53,140 nucleotides of DNA from Corallococcus sp. CA049B (lineage in GTDB: Bacteria; Myxococcota; Myxococcia; Myxococcales; Myxococcaceae): the NCBI RefSeq assembly GCF_003611685.1, contig NZ_RAWC01000041.1:1-53140 (forward strand). The letters run 5' to 3'. Positions within the stretch are counted from its first letter, which is position 1, and the number at the start of each line of letters is the position of its first letter. The notes under the pieces are model-generated. The model saw nothing but the letters and a program-made list of their open reading frames with translations, searched no databases and had not been told where the DNA came from. The position numbers and the translations under genes were made by a program. This document shows, in pieces, positions 36,071 to 45,604 of the stretch.

Positions 36071-38205
36071 GGCGCACCGCCTGTCAGCAGCTCCGGGTGC
36101 ACGGCGCGCACGGTGCCCTCCACGTCCAGGAACTCGGTGGCCCGGGCCTGCACCACCATGGAGCCCAGCACGCCCGGGCGGCGCGTCTCCCGCTGGAGCG
36201 CGAGCTCCACCTCCGCGACGTCGAGGATGGCGTCCACCACCAGCCCCACGCGCGTGTCCGCGTGCTGGGTGACGACGACGGACAGCGACTCGCCCAGGGC
36301 GACCTGAAGGTGTTGCGTGATCCGCTCCGTCGCGCCGGGCCTCGCCTCCAGCACGGACGCCACGCGCACCAGCGGCAGCAGCTGCCCGTGGTAGCGCGCC
36401 ATCTCCATGCCGCCGCTCAGCCGCTCCACGTCCGACGCGGGCAGCTCCTCCAGCCGGGCCACGCGCGACAGGGGAATGGCCACGCGGCCCTCCGCGCCAT
36501 TGCGGCACAGCAGCACGCGCTCGCGCGGCTCCTCCGGGGCCGGTGTTTCCGGAGCGGCCTCCGGAATGACGACCTGGGCCTGCGCCTCGGTGACGGTGCC
36601 CAGGCGGCGGCCCAGGCCCATGGCGTCCAGGATGAGCGCCACGCGCCCGTCGCCCAGCACCGTCGCCCCCGCGTAGCAGGCCAGCCCCTTCAGGTGCTTC
36701 CAGAGCGGCTTGACGACGATCTCCTCCGTGTCGTGGATGGCGTCCACCCACAGCCCGAAGGTGCGCTCACCGGCCTGGAGCACGACGACGGTGGCGCCCT
36801 CGTCCAGGTCCGGCAGCGCCGGCCCCACGCCCAGCTCGGCGGCGAGCACCACCAGCGGGAGCAGCTCTCCGCGCAGCCGCAGGACGCACGCTCCTTGGAT
36901 GCGGGTGATGTCCTTGCGGGCCTGGGCCGGCTCCAGGAACACCACCTCCCGCAGGGAGGCCTGCGGCAGCGCGTAGCGGTCCCCCCGGCAGGTGACGAGC
37001 AGCGCCGGGATGATGGCCAGCGTGAGGGGAATCTTCAGGGTGAACGTCGTGCCCTGGCCGGGCCGGCTGTGCACCTCCACGGTGCCGCCGATGCGCTCCA
37101 CCTGCGAGCGCACCACGTCCATGCCCACGCCCCGGCCGGACAGCGACGTGACGCGCTCCGCGGTGCTGAAGCCCGGCATGAAGATGAGCATCCGCGCGTC
37201 CGCGTCCGGCATCCGCGCCGCCTGGTCGGCCGTGAGCAGGCCCCGCTGCACCGCGACCTGCCGCACCCGCTGCACGTCGATGCCCGCGCCGTCGTCGGAC
37301 ATGCCCAGGTGCACGAGCCCGCCTTCATGCGACGCGCTCAGCGTCAGGCACCCCACGGGCGGCTTGCCCGCGGCGCGGCGCTGCTCGGGCGTCTCCACGC
37401 CGTGGTCCACGGCGTTGCGCAGGAGGTGGGTGAGCGGATCATGCAGCGCCTCCACCAGCGTCTTGTCCAGCTCCGTGTCCGCGCCCTGCAGCTGCAACCG
37501 CACCTGCTTGCCGCACCCGTGCGCCAGCTCGCGCACCAGCCGGGGAAAGCGGTTCCACACCTGGCCCACCGGCTGGAGCCGCGTCTTCATCACCACCTGC
37601 TGCACCTGCGTGGTGACGACATCCAGCCGCTGCGACGCGGTGAGCAGGTCCGCGCCCGGCGTGGACGAGGCCCCGCACTGGAGGATGCGGTTGCGCGCCA
37701 GCACCAGCTCGCCCATCAGGTTCATCAACCGGTCCAGCAGCGCCACGTCCACGCGCAGCTTGGAGTCCACCCCGGTCGCGGCACCGCGCCAGGGCAGGGC
37801 GCCCGGAGGCGTCAGGGGCTCGGACACCTCCTGCGGCGCGGAGCCCGCCGCCGCGCCCGCCATGCGAGCAAGCAGCGCGGAGTGGTCCACCGCGGGCTCC
37901 AGCCCCGTCACCTCGATGTGCTCCAGCGTCCCTCGCGCCGCGTCCGCCAGCGCCAGCAGCGTGGACACGCGCTCGCGGTCCAGCACCAGCCGCCGGTCGC
38001 GCGCCAGGCAGAGCATCTCCTCGGCGGCGTGCATCAGCGCCTCCAGGCGGCTGAAGCCCAGGAAGCCGCAGGTGCCCTTCACGGTGTGCAGGGCCCGGAA
38101 TAGCTGCGCCATCAATGGCTGAGCGCCCGGCTGTGCCTCCAGCTCCAGCACCGTCGCCTCGATGCTCTGCACGTGCTCGCGGGACTCGAGGAGGAACTCC
38201 CGCAT
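36067..38205 (-). CDS. cheA: Chemotaxis histidine kinase CheA with two C-terminal CheW-like domains
   Basis: The P1 Hpt domain (MREFLLESREHVQSIE...LFRALHTVKGTCGFLG) is followed by the dimerization and HATPase domains (...GRGVGMDVVRSQVERIGGTVEV). Two CheW-like segments follow. The likely start is the internal ATG at 38205. Confidence 0.85.
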   Translation of the reverse strand: MREFLLESREHVQSIEATVLELEAQPGAQPLMAQLFRALHTVKGTCGFLGFSRLEALMHAAEEMLCLARDRRLVLDRERVSTLLALADAARGTLEHIEVTGLEPAVDHSALLARMAGAAAGSAPQEVSEPLTPPGALPWRGAATGVDSKLRVDVALLDRLMNLMGELVLARNRILQCGASSTPGADLLTASQRLDVVTTQVQQVVMKTRLQPVGQVWNRFPRLVRELAHGCGKQVRLQLQGADTELDKTLVEALHDPLTHLLRNAVDHGVETPEQRRAAGKPPVGCLTLSASHEGGLVHLGMSDDGAGIDVQRVRQVAVQRGLLTADQAARMPDADARMLIFMPGFSTAERVTSLSGRGVGMDVVRSQVERIGGTVEVHSRPGQGTTFTLKIPLTLAIIPALLVTCRGDRYALPQASLREVVFLEPAQARKDITRIQGACVLRLRGELLPLVVLAAELGVGPALPDLDEGATVVVLQAGERTFGLWVDAIHDTEEIVVKPLWKHLKGLACYAGATVLGDGRVALILDAMGLGRRLGTVTEAQAQVVIPEAAPETPAPEEPRERVLLCRNGAEGRVAIPLSRVARLEELPASDVERLSGGMEMARYHGQLLPLVRVASVLEARPGATERITQHLQVALGESLSVVVTQHADTRVGLVVDAILDVAEVELALQRETRRPGVLGSMVVQARATEFLDVEGTVRAVHPELLTGGAP

Positions 38206-38410
38206 CACGTCGTCCCAGCCCGGAGTGTCACTCACGGACAGGACGCCCTTGGACAAGAGTCCAGACAGACTGTATGTGTTTGATGAGACGGATTTGACTG
38301 GCGCTGCCCATGGGCAACGGCCCCCCCGACCCACAAGACTCCGGAGTCGAAATCCCAGCATCCTCCAAAGTCAACGCCGTGAAAGCTGTCCCGGAGGGCA
38401 GGCGCCCTGC

Positions 38411-39334
38411 TCAGAAGAACAGGCGGAGCAAATCGTAGCGAGTCTCCGCGCCCAGCTTCCGGAGCAGGTTGGTCTGGTGGAATTTCACAGTGCGCTCGGT
38501 AATTCCTAGCACTGTTGAAATGTCGGTCGGCGAGCGGCCGAGCGCGAGATATCGCAACACATCGCCTTCCCGCTCGGACAGCCGCGCGGCGTGCGCCATG
38601 CGCCGCACCTTCGCCTCGAAGAGGCCGCTGAGGGTCTCATCCCCGATGGTGTGAACGCTGACACGCGCGGTGCCGGCGCCCGTGGGCGTGGCGGTGACGA
38701 CCTCATAGCCCTCGGCGTGCTCGGCGGCCTGCCGCACGATGGTGTGTGGCCACGAGGCAGGCGCAGCCACCGTCAACGGACAGTCCAGGCAGGGGGCGTC
38801 GCGGTGCGCGAAGGCGCCGAAGCACGGCTGGCCCACCATCTCCTCCTGCCGCGCCTCTCCGGACGTCCACACCGCCTTGAGCGTCCCGAACGACGACAGC
38901 TCGGTGGAGATTTCGTAGCTCAGGTCCCGGTGGGGGCCCTGGGCCGGGGCCGGCTCCGGGACGACGGTGCGCTCGGGGACGGAGAGGGGCGCAGAGGCGC
39001 GCGTGATGATGGCCACCAGCCGCAGGGGAGGGCGGCCCACCGCGGCCACGTCCAGCTCCACCGACAGCCGCTCGCCGTCGCGCGTGAGCACCTCCGTCTC
39101 CAGCCGCGTCTCCGCGCTGGTGAAGATGGCCCGCAGCGCCTGGCCCACCTCGCGTCCGTGCTCGCGTGGCGTGCAGACATCCGTCCAGCGGCGCCCCAAC
39201 AACTCCTCACGGGGCCGGCCCAGCAGCGACGTGAACGCGCCGTTCGCCAGCTCGATGCGGCCTCGCCGGTCCATCACGACGATGGGGCGTGTGTCCCGCT
39301 CCGCGAGCAGCGACGCGGTCAACGACCAGTCCAT
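38411..39334 (-). CDS. PAS-domain plus LuxR/GerE-family HTH transcriptional regulator upstream of the che operon
   Basis: The N-terminal PAS (IVVMDRRGRIELANGAFTSLLGRPREELLGRRW) is followed by a C-terminal LuxR HTH (EREGDVLRYLALGRSPTDISTVLGITERTVKFHQTNLLRKLG). Confidence 0.7.
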   Translation of the reverse strand: MDWSLTASLLAERDTRPIVVMDRRGRIELANGAFTSLLGRPREELLGRRWTDVCTPREHGREVGQALRAIFTSAETRLETEVLTRDGERLSVELDVAAVGRPPLRLVAIITRASAPLSVPERTVVPEPAPAQGPHRDLSYEISTELSSFGTLKAVWTSGEARQEEMVGQPCFGAFAHRDAPCLDCPLTVAAPASWPHTIVRQAAEHAEGYEVVTATPTGAGTARVSVHTIGDETLSGLFEAKVRRMAHAARLSEREGDVLRYLALGRSPTDISTVLGITERTVKFHQTNLLRKLGAETRYDLLRLFF

Positions 39335-39355
39335 GAGGCCCCCCGGCCGTTGCAA

Positions 39356-39620
39356 GCTCGTTCAAGCTTTACATGGGTAGTGCCGAATTCCTTGTTTTGA
39401 GTAGCTTACAGCGAAGCGACTGCGTTTGCATTTGGACATAGGTCCAATCACATACCGTGGTGATGGGAAGAGGACTGTCCGTGCGTGGCCGTCCGCCTGG
39501 AGGGCGTGCTGGAAACCTGGAACGTCGCGCTGAATCGGGGCAACCTGCTGCATCACCTGGGCTCGGGGATTACTCCCAGGGCTTCCCCGCCGTCCCCTCC
39601 GTGGGAGAGGAGCTGCACGC
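39356..39620. promoter_or_regulatory. Relatively AT-rich divergent intergenic region. It probably holds the promoters for the regulator/che operon and the DUF72 gene.
   Basis: Local GC drops well below the window mean (segment ...gctttacatgggtagtgccgaattccttgttttgagtagcttacagcgaagcgactgcgtttgcatttggacat...). No motif was verified. Confidence 0.3.
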
Positions 39621-40679
39621 ATGAGCGCACCGCGAAGACCCGCGCAGTTCGACCTCTTCACCGGCGCGGTGGAGGAGCCCCCGGCGTCGTCGCGGCGCAG
39701 GACCCAGCCGGTGGGGCCCGCCGAGCCGTCCGACAGCCTGCGCCTGCTGGGCGAGCAGCTCCCGCGGGGCGTCTACCTGGGCACGTCGTCGTGGACCTTC
39801 CCCGGTTGGGACGGGCTCGTCTACGACCATGAGGCCAGCACCACCCAGCTGGCGCGCGAGGGCCTGGCTGCCTACTCGCACCACCCGGTGCTGCGCACGG
39901 TGGGCATCGACCGGACGTTCTACGCGCCAGTGCCAGCCACCACCTTCGCCGAGTACGCCCAGCAGGTGCCGGACGGCTTCCGCTTCCTGGTGAAGGCCCA
40001 CGAAGCCTGCACGCTGGCGCGCTTCCCCGTGCACGACCGGTACGGCGCGCACCGGGGGCAGGTGAATGACCGCTTCCTCCAGGCGGCCTACGCGGTGGAC
40101 CACGTGGTGGCGCCGTTCCTGGAAGGGCTGGGCGACAAGGCCGGGCCGCTCGTCTTCCAGTTCCCGCCGCAGGACCCCGCGGCATTGGGCGGCGCGGGCC
40201 GCTTCGTGGAGCGGCTGCACGCGTTCTTCTCCGCGCTGCCCCGGGGGCCGCTGTACGCGGTGGAGGTGCGCAACGAGGAACTGCTCACGGAGGGCTTCGC
40301 CCAGGCGCTCGCGGACACGGGCGTGAGCCCGGTGCTCGCGGTGTGGGCCCACATGCCGCCCGTCGCGCGGCAGGCGAAGCTCACGCGCGCCTTCGAGGCC
40401 CGCGCCGTGGTGGTGCGTTGGATGCTGCCGCCGAACCTGGGCTACGAGGAGGCCTATGCCCGCTACGCGCCATTCAACCGGCTGGTGGACGAGGACGTGG
40501 GCACCCGCGACGTGCTGGCCCGGGTGTGCATGGCCGCGGTGCGGCGCGACCGCCCCGTCTTCGTGACCATCAACAACAAGGCGGAGGGCAGCGCCCCCCT
40601 GTCCGCCGTACGGCTCGCTGAACGCGTCGTGTCACACAAGGAGGAGGGCGGTCAGAGAGGCGCCGTTCACGCAACATGA
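39621..40679 (+). CDS. DUF72 (UPF0759, YecE-like) family protein
   Basis: The LGTSSWTFPGW signature is followed by a TIM-barrel-like pattern typical of DUF72. Confidence 0.75.
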   Translation: MSAPRRPAQFDLFTGAVEEPPASSRRRTQPVGPAEPSDSLRLLGEQLPRGVYLGTSSWTFPGWDGLVYDHEASTTQLAREGLAAYSHHPVLRTVGIDRTFYAPVPATTFAEYAQQVPDGFRFLVKAHEACTLARFPVHDRYGAHRGQVNDRFLQAAYAVDHVVAPFLEGLGDKAGPLVFQFPPQDPAALGGAGRFVERLHAFFSALPRGPLYAVEVRNEELLTEGFAQALADTGVSPVLAVWAHMPPVARQAKLTRAFEARAVVVRWMLPPNLGYEEAYARYAPFNRLVDEDVGTRDVLARVCMAAVRRDRPVFVTINNKAEGSAPLSAVRLAERVVSHKEEGGQRGAVHAT

Positions 40680-40711
40680 CTTGCGCGCGAGCACGGCGCT
40701 TGCTTACGTGA

Positions 40712-41023
40712 TTGGGCATGATGGTGATGACCCTGGCTGCGCTGTTGATGCAGATGACCTCCTCCGGTGGAGCCGGCTCGGAGGGCAGGCGTGCGGGCAA
40801 TCACGTGGAGGGGACTGGCGAAAGCCACCCGCGAGCGGTGAAGGAGGACATCAACCAGCTCAAGGGGGAGATCACCAGCCTCAAGGAACAGTTCCGGCTG
40901 GCGCGCGAGCGTCAGCGTCTGGCGGCCGAGGAGAAGCAGCGCCAGGAGGAGGCCCGCTACGGTGTCTCGCCGAAAGCCACTCCCGCCCCTGCCACCGGAG
41001 GGTCCGGAGCCGCCGCCCGATGA
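40712..41023 (+). CDS. Short coiled-coil ORF overlapping the Smr start in another frame; a possible N-terminal part of a frameshifted Smr gene
   Basis: KEDINQLKGEITSLKEQFRLARERQRLAAEEKQRQEEARYG looks like real heptad coiled-coil coding. It overlaps the 40962 ORF by 62 nt. Confidence 0.3.
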   Translation: MGMMVMTLAALLMQMTSSGGAGSEGRRAGNHVEGTGESHPRAVKEDINQLKGEITSLKEQFRLARERQRLAAEEKQRQEEARYGVSPKATPAPATGGSGAAAR

Positions 41024-41294
41024 GCTGGATGCGGTAGAAATTCCGGTCGATGGGAACCTCGACCTGCATCTCTTCCAGCCTCGCGAGGTGAAGGAGCTCG
41101 TCACCGAGTACCTCTGGGCCTGCCGCCAGAAGGGCGTGCTCGACGTGCGCATCATCCACGGCAAGGGCACGGGCGCGCTGAGGCGCACCGTGCAGTCCCT
41201 GCTGCCCACGCTGCCAGAGGTGGAAGGCTTCCAGACCGCCTCCGAGGCGGACGGAGGCTGGGGCGCGACGTGGGTGCGGCTCAAGCCCCTGTGA
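40962..41294 (+). CDS. Smr (MutS2-related small) domain protein
   Basis: The Smr domain reads VEIPVDGNLDLHLFQPREVKELVTEYLWACRQKGVLDVRIIHGKGTGALRRTV. The product has a GTG start and a proline-rich N-terminus, and there is no in-frame ATG. Confidence 0.6.
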   Translation: MSRRKPLPPLPPEGPEPPPDELDAVEIPVDGNLDLHLFQPREVKELVTEYLWACRQKGVLDVRIIHGKGTGALRRTVQSLLPTLPEVEGFQTASEADGGWGATWVRLKPL

Positions 41295-41315
41295 CGGGGC
41301 CCGTCGCCAGACGGC

Positions 41316-44144
41316 TCAAGACAGCCAGAAGTACGCGGAGGCGATGAGGGTGCGCTTCTCCGTCACGCGCGCCTTGTTCGCCAGCTCCGCCATCTGCCGG
41401 TCCTTGGAGGCGTAGCGCTTCTCCTCTTCATTGCGCAGCGACGCCAGCTTGCGGCGATAGTCGCGCTCCTGCCGGTCCGCGTGCGCCCGCGCCTTCGCGC
41501 GCTCCGCGATGTCCTCGATGCCGGAGACTTCCTTGCGCGCGTCGAACCACGCCTGGCGGGCGGACTCCACCACCTCGCGCGACTCCATCAGGCAGTCCTC
41601 GACGTAGCGGTCCGCGCGCTCCTTGGCCTTGTCCAGCTCCAACGCGTTGCGCCGTTCCGCGGCCCGAATCAGCTCATCCTTGGCGGTCATCAGCGACTGC
41701 TCTTGCATGAGCTGGACCGACACCGGCGCGGGCTGCCGGCGCTTCTCTTCCTTGGCGTCGAGCTTCGTGAAGTGGACACCGTCCGTCAGCGGCAGGGCGC
41801 GGAAGCCGCCGTCCCGGTCCTTCACCAGCACCAGGTGGACCAGCTTCTCCTCCGGCTTGAGGCCGGTCGTCTCGAACTTGTAGACGAACCACCAGCCCTC
41901 GCTGCCGGCCAGCCGCGCCAGCCGCGAGGGGAGCCCCGCCGCGTCCAGCTGCAGGTAGCTGACGGTGTCCTGGGTGCGGTCGCGCACCGCGTAGGCGGCC
42001 TTGGCCACCTGGAGCCGTCCAGAGGTGCGGCTGCCCAGCACGGAGCCGGTGAGCGCCTTCGCCTCCTGCTGGCGCCTGGCCACGACCTCCTTGGCCGCGT
42101 CTCCCGCCACGCGCAGCCGGCGGCGCACGTCGCCGTCGAAGCGCTCCAGCACCACCGAGCGCATGGACGTCATGCGCTGGTTGATGCTGCCCTCCAGCTC
42201 CTCGCGCAGCTTGTCGAAGGCGACGTTGATGTCCTTCGGGTCGCGGCAGGACTGGTAGATGTCCAGCACGCGACGCTCGAAGTCGACGCCGCTCTCCAGC
42301 GCGCCCAGGATTTCGTCGGACGCGCCGAACACGCCGTCGAAGAGGTTGAGCTTCTTCTCCAGCAGCTCGAACAGGCGCGCGTCCGCCGCGTTCTGCCGGT
42401 TGAGGAAGTTCACCACCAGCACGTCGCGCTGCTGGCCGTAGCGGTGGCACCGGCCGATGCGCTGCTCCACGCGCTGCGGGTTCCACGGCAGGTCGTAGTT
42501 CACCACCAGGTTGCAGAACTGGAGGTTGAGGCCCTCGGCGCCGGCCTCCGTGCAGATGAGGATCTGCGTCTTGTGGCGGAACTCCTCCACCAGCGCCCGG
42601 CGCTCCTCGGGCGTGCCGCCGGCGTCGCCGGACAGGAGCGAAATCTTGTCCTTGTAACCGTGCTCCGACAGCAGCCTGAAGAGGTACTGCTGCGTGCGCT
42701 TGGACTCCGTGAAGATGAGCGCCTTCTCCGGCCAGGAGTGCGTGCGCATCACCGCGAAGGTGCGGTCCAGGGCGCGCTTGAGCGCCTCACCCTTGGCGTT
42801 GATGCGGATGGAGTCAGCGAGGTCCGCGTACTGGCGCAGCTCCCAGACCTCCTGCTCCAGCGTGCGGACCTGGGGCGCCTTGGCGGGGTCGTCGGACCAC
42901 TCCTCGCCCTCTTCCACGAACTGCTTGGCCTCTTCCGGCTCGAAGAGCGACAGGGCCTGCTGTCCCAGCCGCGCGGCCGACAGGCGCTTCTCCAGGTTCT
43001 CCGACAGCCGCCGCAGCGTGGGCGCGATGGCGAACGTGGAGGAGGCCAGGAGCTTGCGGTAGCACAGCGTCAGGAGCGTCTTCTTGCCCGGCTCGATGGC
43101 CGCGGCCTCCGAGCGCTGCAGGTACTCACTGACCTTCTCGTAGAGGTCGTGCTCCTCGGGGGAGGGGAGGAAGTCCTCCACGATGCTGCGGCGGTTGGTG
43201 TAGCGGACGTACTCGCGCACCTGCCGGCGCAGCGTGCGTTGCACCACCGGGGCCAGCCGCTCCTTGAGCTCGCACGCGGCGGCCTCCGTCATGCCGCCGC
43301 CCTCGTCGGCGCGGTAGCGGCTGCGGAAGGCGTGCTCGGGGCCCAGAATCTGCTCGTCCAGGAGCGACATCAGGCCGAACAGCTCCATCAGGTCGTTCTG
43401 GAGCGGGGTGGCGGTGAGCAGCAGCTTGGGGCGGCCCGCCAGCGACGCGCGCAGCGCCTGGCCCGTCTTGTTGTTGGGACGGTGCGCGTTCCGGAGCCGG
43501 TGGGCCTCATCGATGATGATCAGGTCCCACGGAATCTCCGACACGAGCGCGGAGCGGTTCGCCGCGAACGGGTGCGAGCAGATGACGGGGAAGGGCTGAT
43601 CGAAGCAGTTGTTGTGCTTCTTCACGTCGCGGCCGTCGACGAGGACGCTGTCCAGGTCGAACTTCTCGCGCAGCTCGGCATTCCACTGCGCGCGCAGCAC
43701 CGCGGGGGCGAGGATGAGGATGCGGTTCTTCCCCTCCGCCATGAGCTGGGCGATGACGAGGCCCGCCTCGATGGTCTTCCCCAGGCCCACCTCGTCCGCG
43801 AGCATGCAGCCGCCGCGCGACAGGGCGTCCAGCGCGAACATCGCGGCTTCGACCTGGTGGGGGTTGAGGTCCACCTTCGCCTCGGCCAGCGCGTTCGCCA
43901 GCCGCTGCTGCGTGTCTCCGCTGCGCGCGAGCAGTTCCTCGGCGAGGAGCCGCTCGTGGAAGGGCGTCAGCCCCGCCTCCACGAGCTCCTCCGCGGCACG
44001 GGCCGCGATGGCCGCGGCGTCCGCCTCCACTTCCAGCTTCAAACCCCTCGCGACCTCCGCCAAGTCCCGCCTCCCGTCCGGTTTGGAGCGTGCGCGCGTG
44101 CGCGCGAACAGTTGAGGCGCGCCATTCTGGGGAGCGATCGGCAT
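41316..44144 (-). CDS. SNF2/Swi2 family DEAH-box helicase with a long coiled-coil C-terminal extension
   Basis: The start is the ATG at 44144, with GGGAGGA upstream. Walker A is LADEVGLGKT and the DEAH box is IIIDEAHRLRN. TATPLQN and the helicase-C motifs (NYDLPWNPQRVEQRIGRCHRYGQ) are present. Confidence 0.85.
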   Translation of the reverse strand: MPIAPQNGAPQLFARTRARSKPDGRRDLAEVARGLKLEVEADAAAIAARAAEELVEAGLTPFHERLLAEELLARSGDTQQRLANALAEAKVDLNPHQVEAAMFALDALSRGGCMLADEVGLGKTIEAGLVIAQLMAEGKNRILILAPAVLRAQWNAELREKFDLDSVLVDGRDVKKHNNCFDQPFPVICSHPFAANRSALVSEIPWDLIIIDEAHRLRNAHRPNNKTGQALRASLAGRPKLLLTATPLQNDLMELFGLMSLLDEQILGPEHAFRSRYRADEGGGMTEAAACELKERLAPVVQRTLRRQVREYVRYTNRRSIVEDFLPSPEEHDLYEKVSEYLQRSEAAAIEPGKKTLLTLCYRKLLASSTFAIAPTLRRLSENLEKRLSAARLGQQALSLFEPEEAKQFVEEGEEWSDDPAKAPQVRTLEQEVWELRQYADLADSIRINAKGEALKRALDRTFAVMRTHSWPEKALIFTESKRTQQYLFRLLSEHGYKDKISLLSGDAGGTPEERRALVEEFRHKTQILICTEAGAEGLNLQFCNLVVNYDLPWNPQRVEQRIGRCHRYGQQRDVLVVNFLNRQNAADARLFELLEKKLNLFDGVFGASDEILGALESGVDFERRVLDIYQSCRDPKDINVAFDKLREELEGSINQRMTSMRSVVLERFDGDVRRRLRVAGDAAKEVVARRQQEAKALTGSVLGSRTSGRLQVAKAAYAVRDRTQDTVSYLQLDAAGLPSRLARLAGSEGWWFVYKFETTGLKPEEKLVHLVLVKDRDGGFRALPLTDGVHFTKLDAKEEKRRQPAPVSVQLMQEQSLMTAKDELIRAAERRNALELDKAKERADRYVEDCLMESREVVESARQAWFDARKEVSGIEDIAERAKARAHADRQERDYRRKLASLRNEEEKRYASKDRQMAELANKARVTEKRTLIASAYFWLS

Positions 44145-44278
44145 CTGTAAAGGGGGTCCTCCCGGAGGCCGAAAACTCGGCCTCCGCGCGATTGGCAAGC
44201 GTGCTGTTCGGCGGAGCGACGCATGCGCGCGCGAGCGCTGGAAGGTTTCAAAGGGCTTGACGAATGCGTCGTGAGCGC

Positions 44279-45604
44279 TCAGAGGCGCCCGCGCGCCTTC
44301 ACGTCCAGGTACACGTTGAGTGCAGCGGCGCCGAAGCCGCGGGCCGGCGCGCGCACCACCAGTGCCCCCGCGTCGCGCAGCGTGGTGGCGGTGCGGCGGT
44401 ACTCGGACTCCATGCGGGAGGCGGCCTGCCGCGCGTAGGCGGACGTCGCGTCGCCGGGCACGTCCGTGGCGGCGGCCTCCAGGTCCTCGTCCAGGAGCGA
44501 TGCGACGACGGGCAGGTGCCGGGGGCGCAGGGCCAGCGTGCGCGTGAGGAGCGCGGAGGACGCGTCCGGATCCACCAGGTCGGTGAAGAGCACCACCAGC
44601 GCGCGGCGCGTCTGGCGGGCGAAGGCGAAGTCGAACGCGCGGCCGTAGTCGCTCTCCTCCAGGCCGGCCTCCGCGCGGTAGAGGGACTCGGTGATGAGGC
44701 GCAGGTGCTCCGCGCCCTTGCGAGGGGGCAGGAAGGCGCGCACGTCGCTGGCGAACGCGAGCACGCCCACCACGTCGCCCGCGTCCAGGCTCACGCGCGC
44801 CAGCCGCAGCGCCGCGTCCACCGCGTGGTCCAGCTTCCTGCGCCCCTGCACCCGGCCCGCCATGTGACGGCCGCAGTCCAACAGCAGCAGCACCGGCTGG
44901 TTGCGCTCCGGCTGCCACGTGCGCACCAGCGTGTGGCCGTGGCGCGCGGAGGACTTCCAGTCGATGTGGCGGTAGTCGTCGCCGGGGCGGTACTCGCGCA
45001 GCGACTCGAACTCGCGGCCCTCCACGGACTTGCGCAGGAGCGTGCGCGCGGACACGGCCTCCGACGCGCGCGCCAGCGTCAGCGCCTCGCGCGACAGGGC
45101 GCGCAGGTCCGGGTACACCTTCACGTCCTGGCCCGCGGGCAGCCGCACCTGCCGCGAGCACAGGCCCAGCGGCCCCATCAGGCGCAGGTTCACGTCGCCG
45201 AAGCGCGCGTCGCCCCGGGAGGGAGGGTGCACGCGGTACGTCAGCCGCGTGGCGTCTTTCGGCTCCAGCGTGAAGGACTGACGGTGGCCATGGCTCTCCA
45301 CGTCCAGGGGCGGCTCGTCGCGCAGCTCGCCGCGCACGGGCCGGTCCGTGCGCGAACGCAATTCCCAGCGCACGGTGTTGTCCACGCCGGAGGAGAGGAT
45401 GGGCTCCACCTCACGGCGCGCGTCGACGTCCTGGGCATGCGGCGCGCGCAGGAAGTCCACCGCGCACAGGAGCAGGACGGCCACGTCCACCGCGAGCGCC
45501 AGCCACCCGAAGGCGGGGCTCGCCACCGCGAGCGCGGCGGGCACCAGCGCTCCGGCGAACAGCGCCACGGCGAGGCCGCTGGGGACGGGGCGCCCGAGGC
45601 TCAC
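44279..45604 (-). CDS. DUF58 (vWA-like) domain protein, MoxR partner
   Basis: The N-terminal TM helices are followed by the DUF58 motif region (SLREYRPGDDYRHIDWKSSAR). ATGA overlaps the moxR stop. Confidence 0.8.
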   Translation of the reverse strand: MSLGRPVPSGLAVALFAGALVPAALAVASPAFGWLALAVDVAVLLLCAVDFLRAPHAQDVDARREVEPILSSGVDNTVRWELRSRTDRPVRGELRDEPPLDVESHGHRQSFTLEPKDATRLTYRVHPPSRGDARFGDVNLRLMGPLGLCSRQVRLPAGQDVKVYPDLRALSREALTLARASEAVSARTLLRKSVEGREFESLREYRPGDDYRHIDWKSSARHGHTLVRTWQPERNQPVLLLLDCGRHMAGRVQGRRKLDHAVDAALRLARVSLDAGDVVGVLAFASDVRAFLPPRKGAEHLRLITESLYRAEAGLEESDYGRAFDFAFARQTRRALVVLFTDLVDPDASSALLTRTLALRPRHLPVVASLLDEDLEAAATDVPGDATSAYARQAASRMESEYRRTATTLRDAGALVVRAPARGFGAAALNVYLDVKARGRL

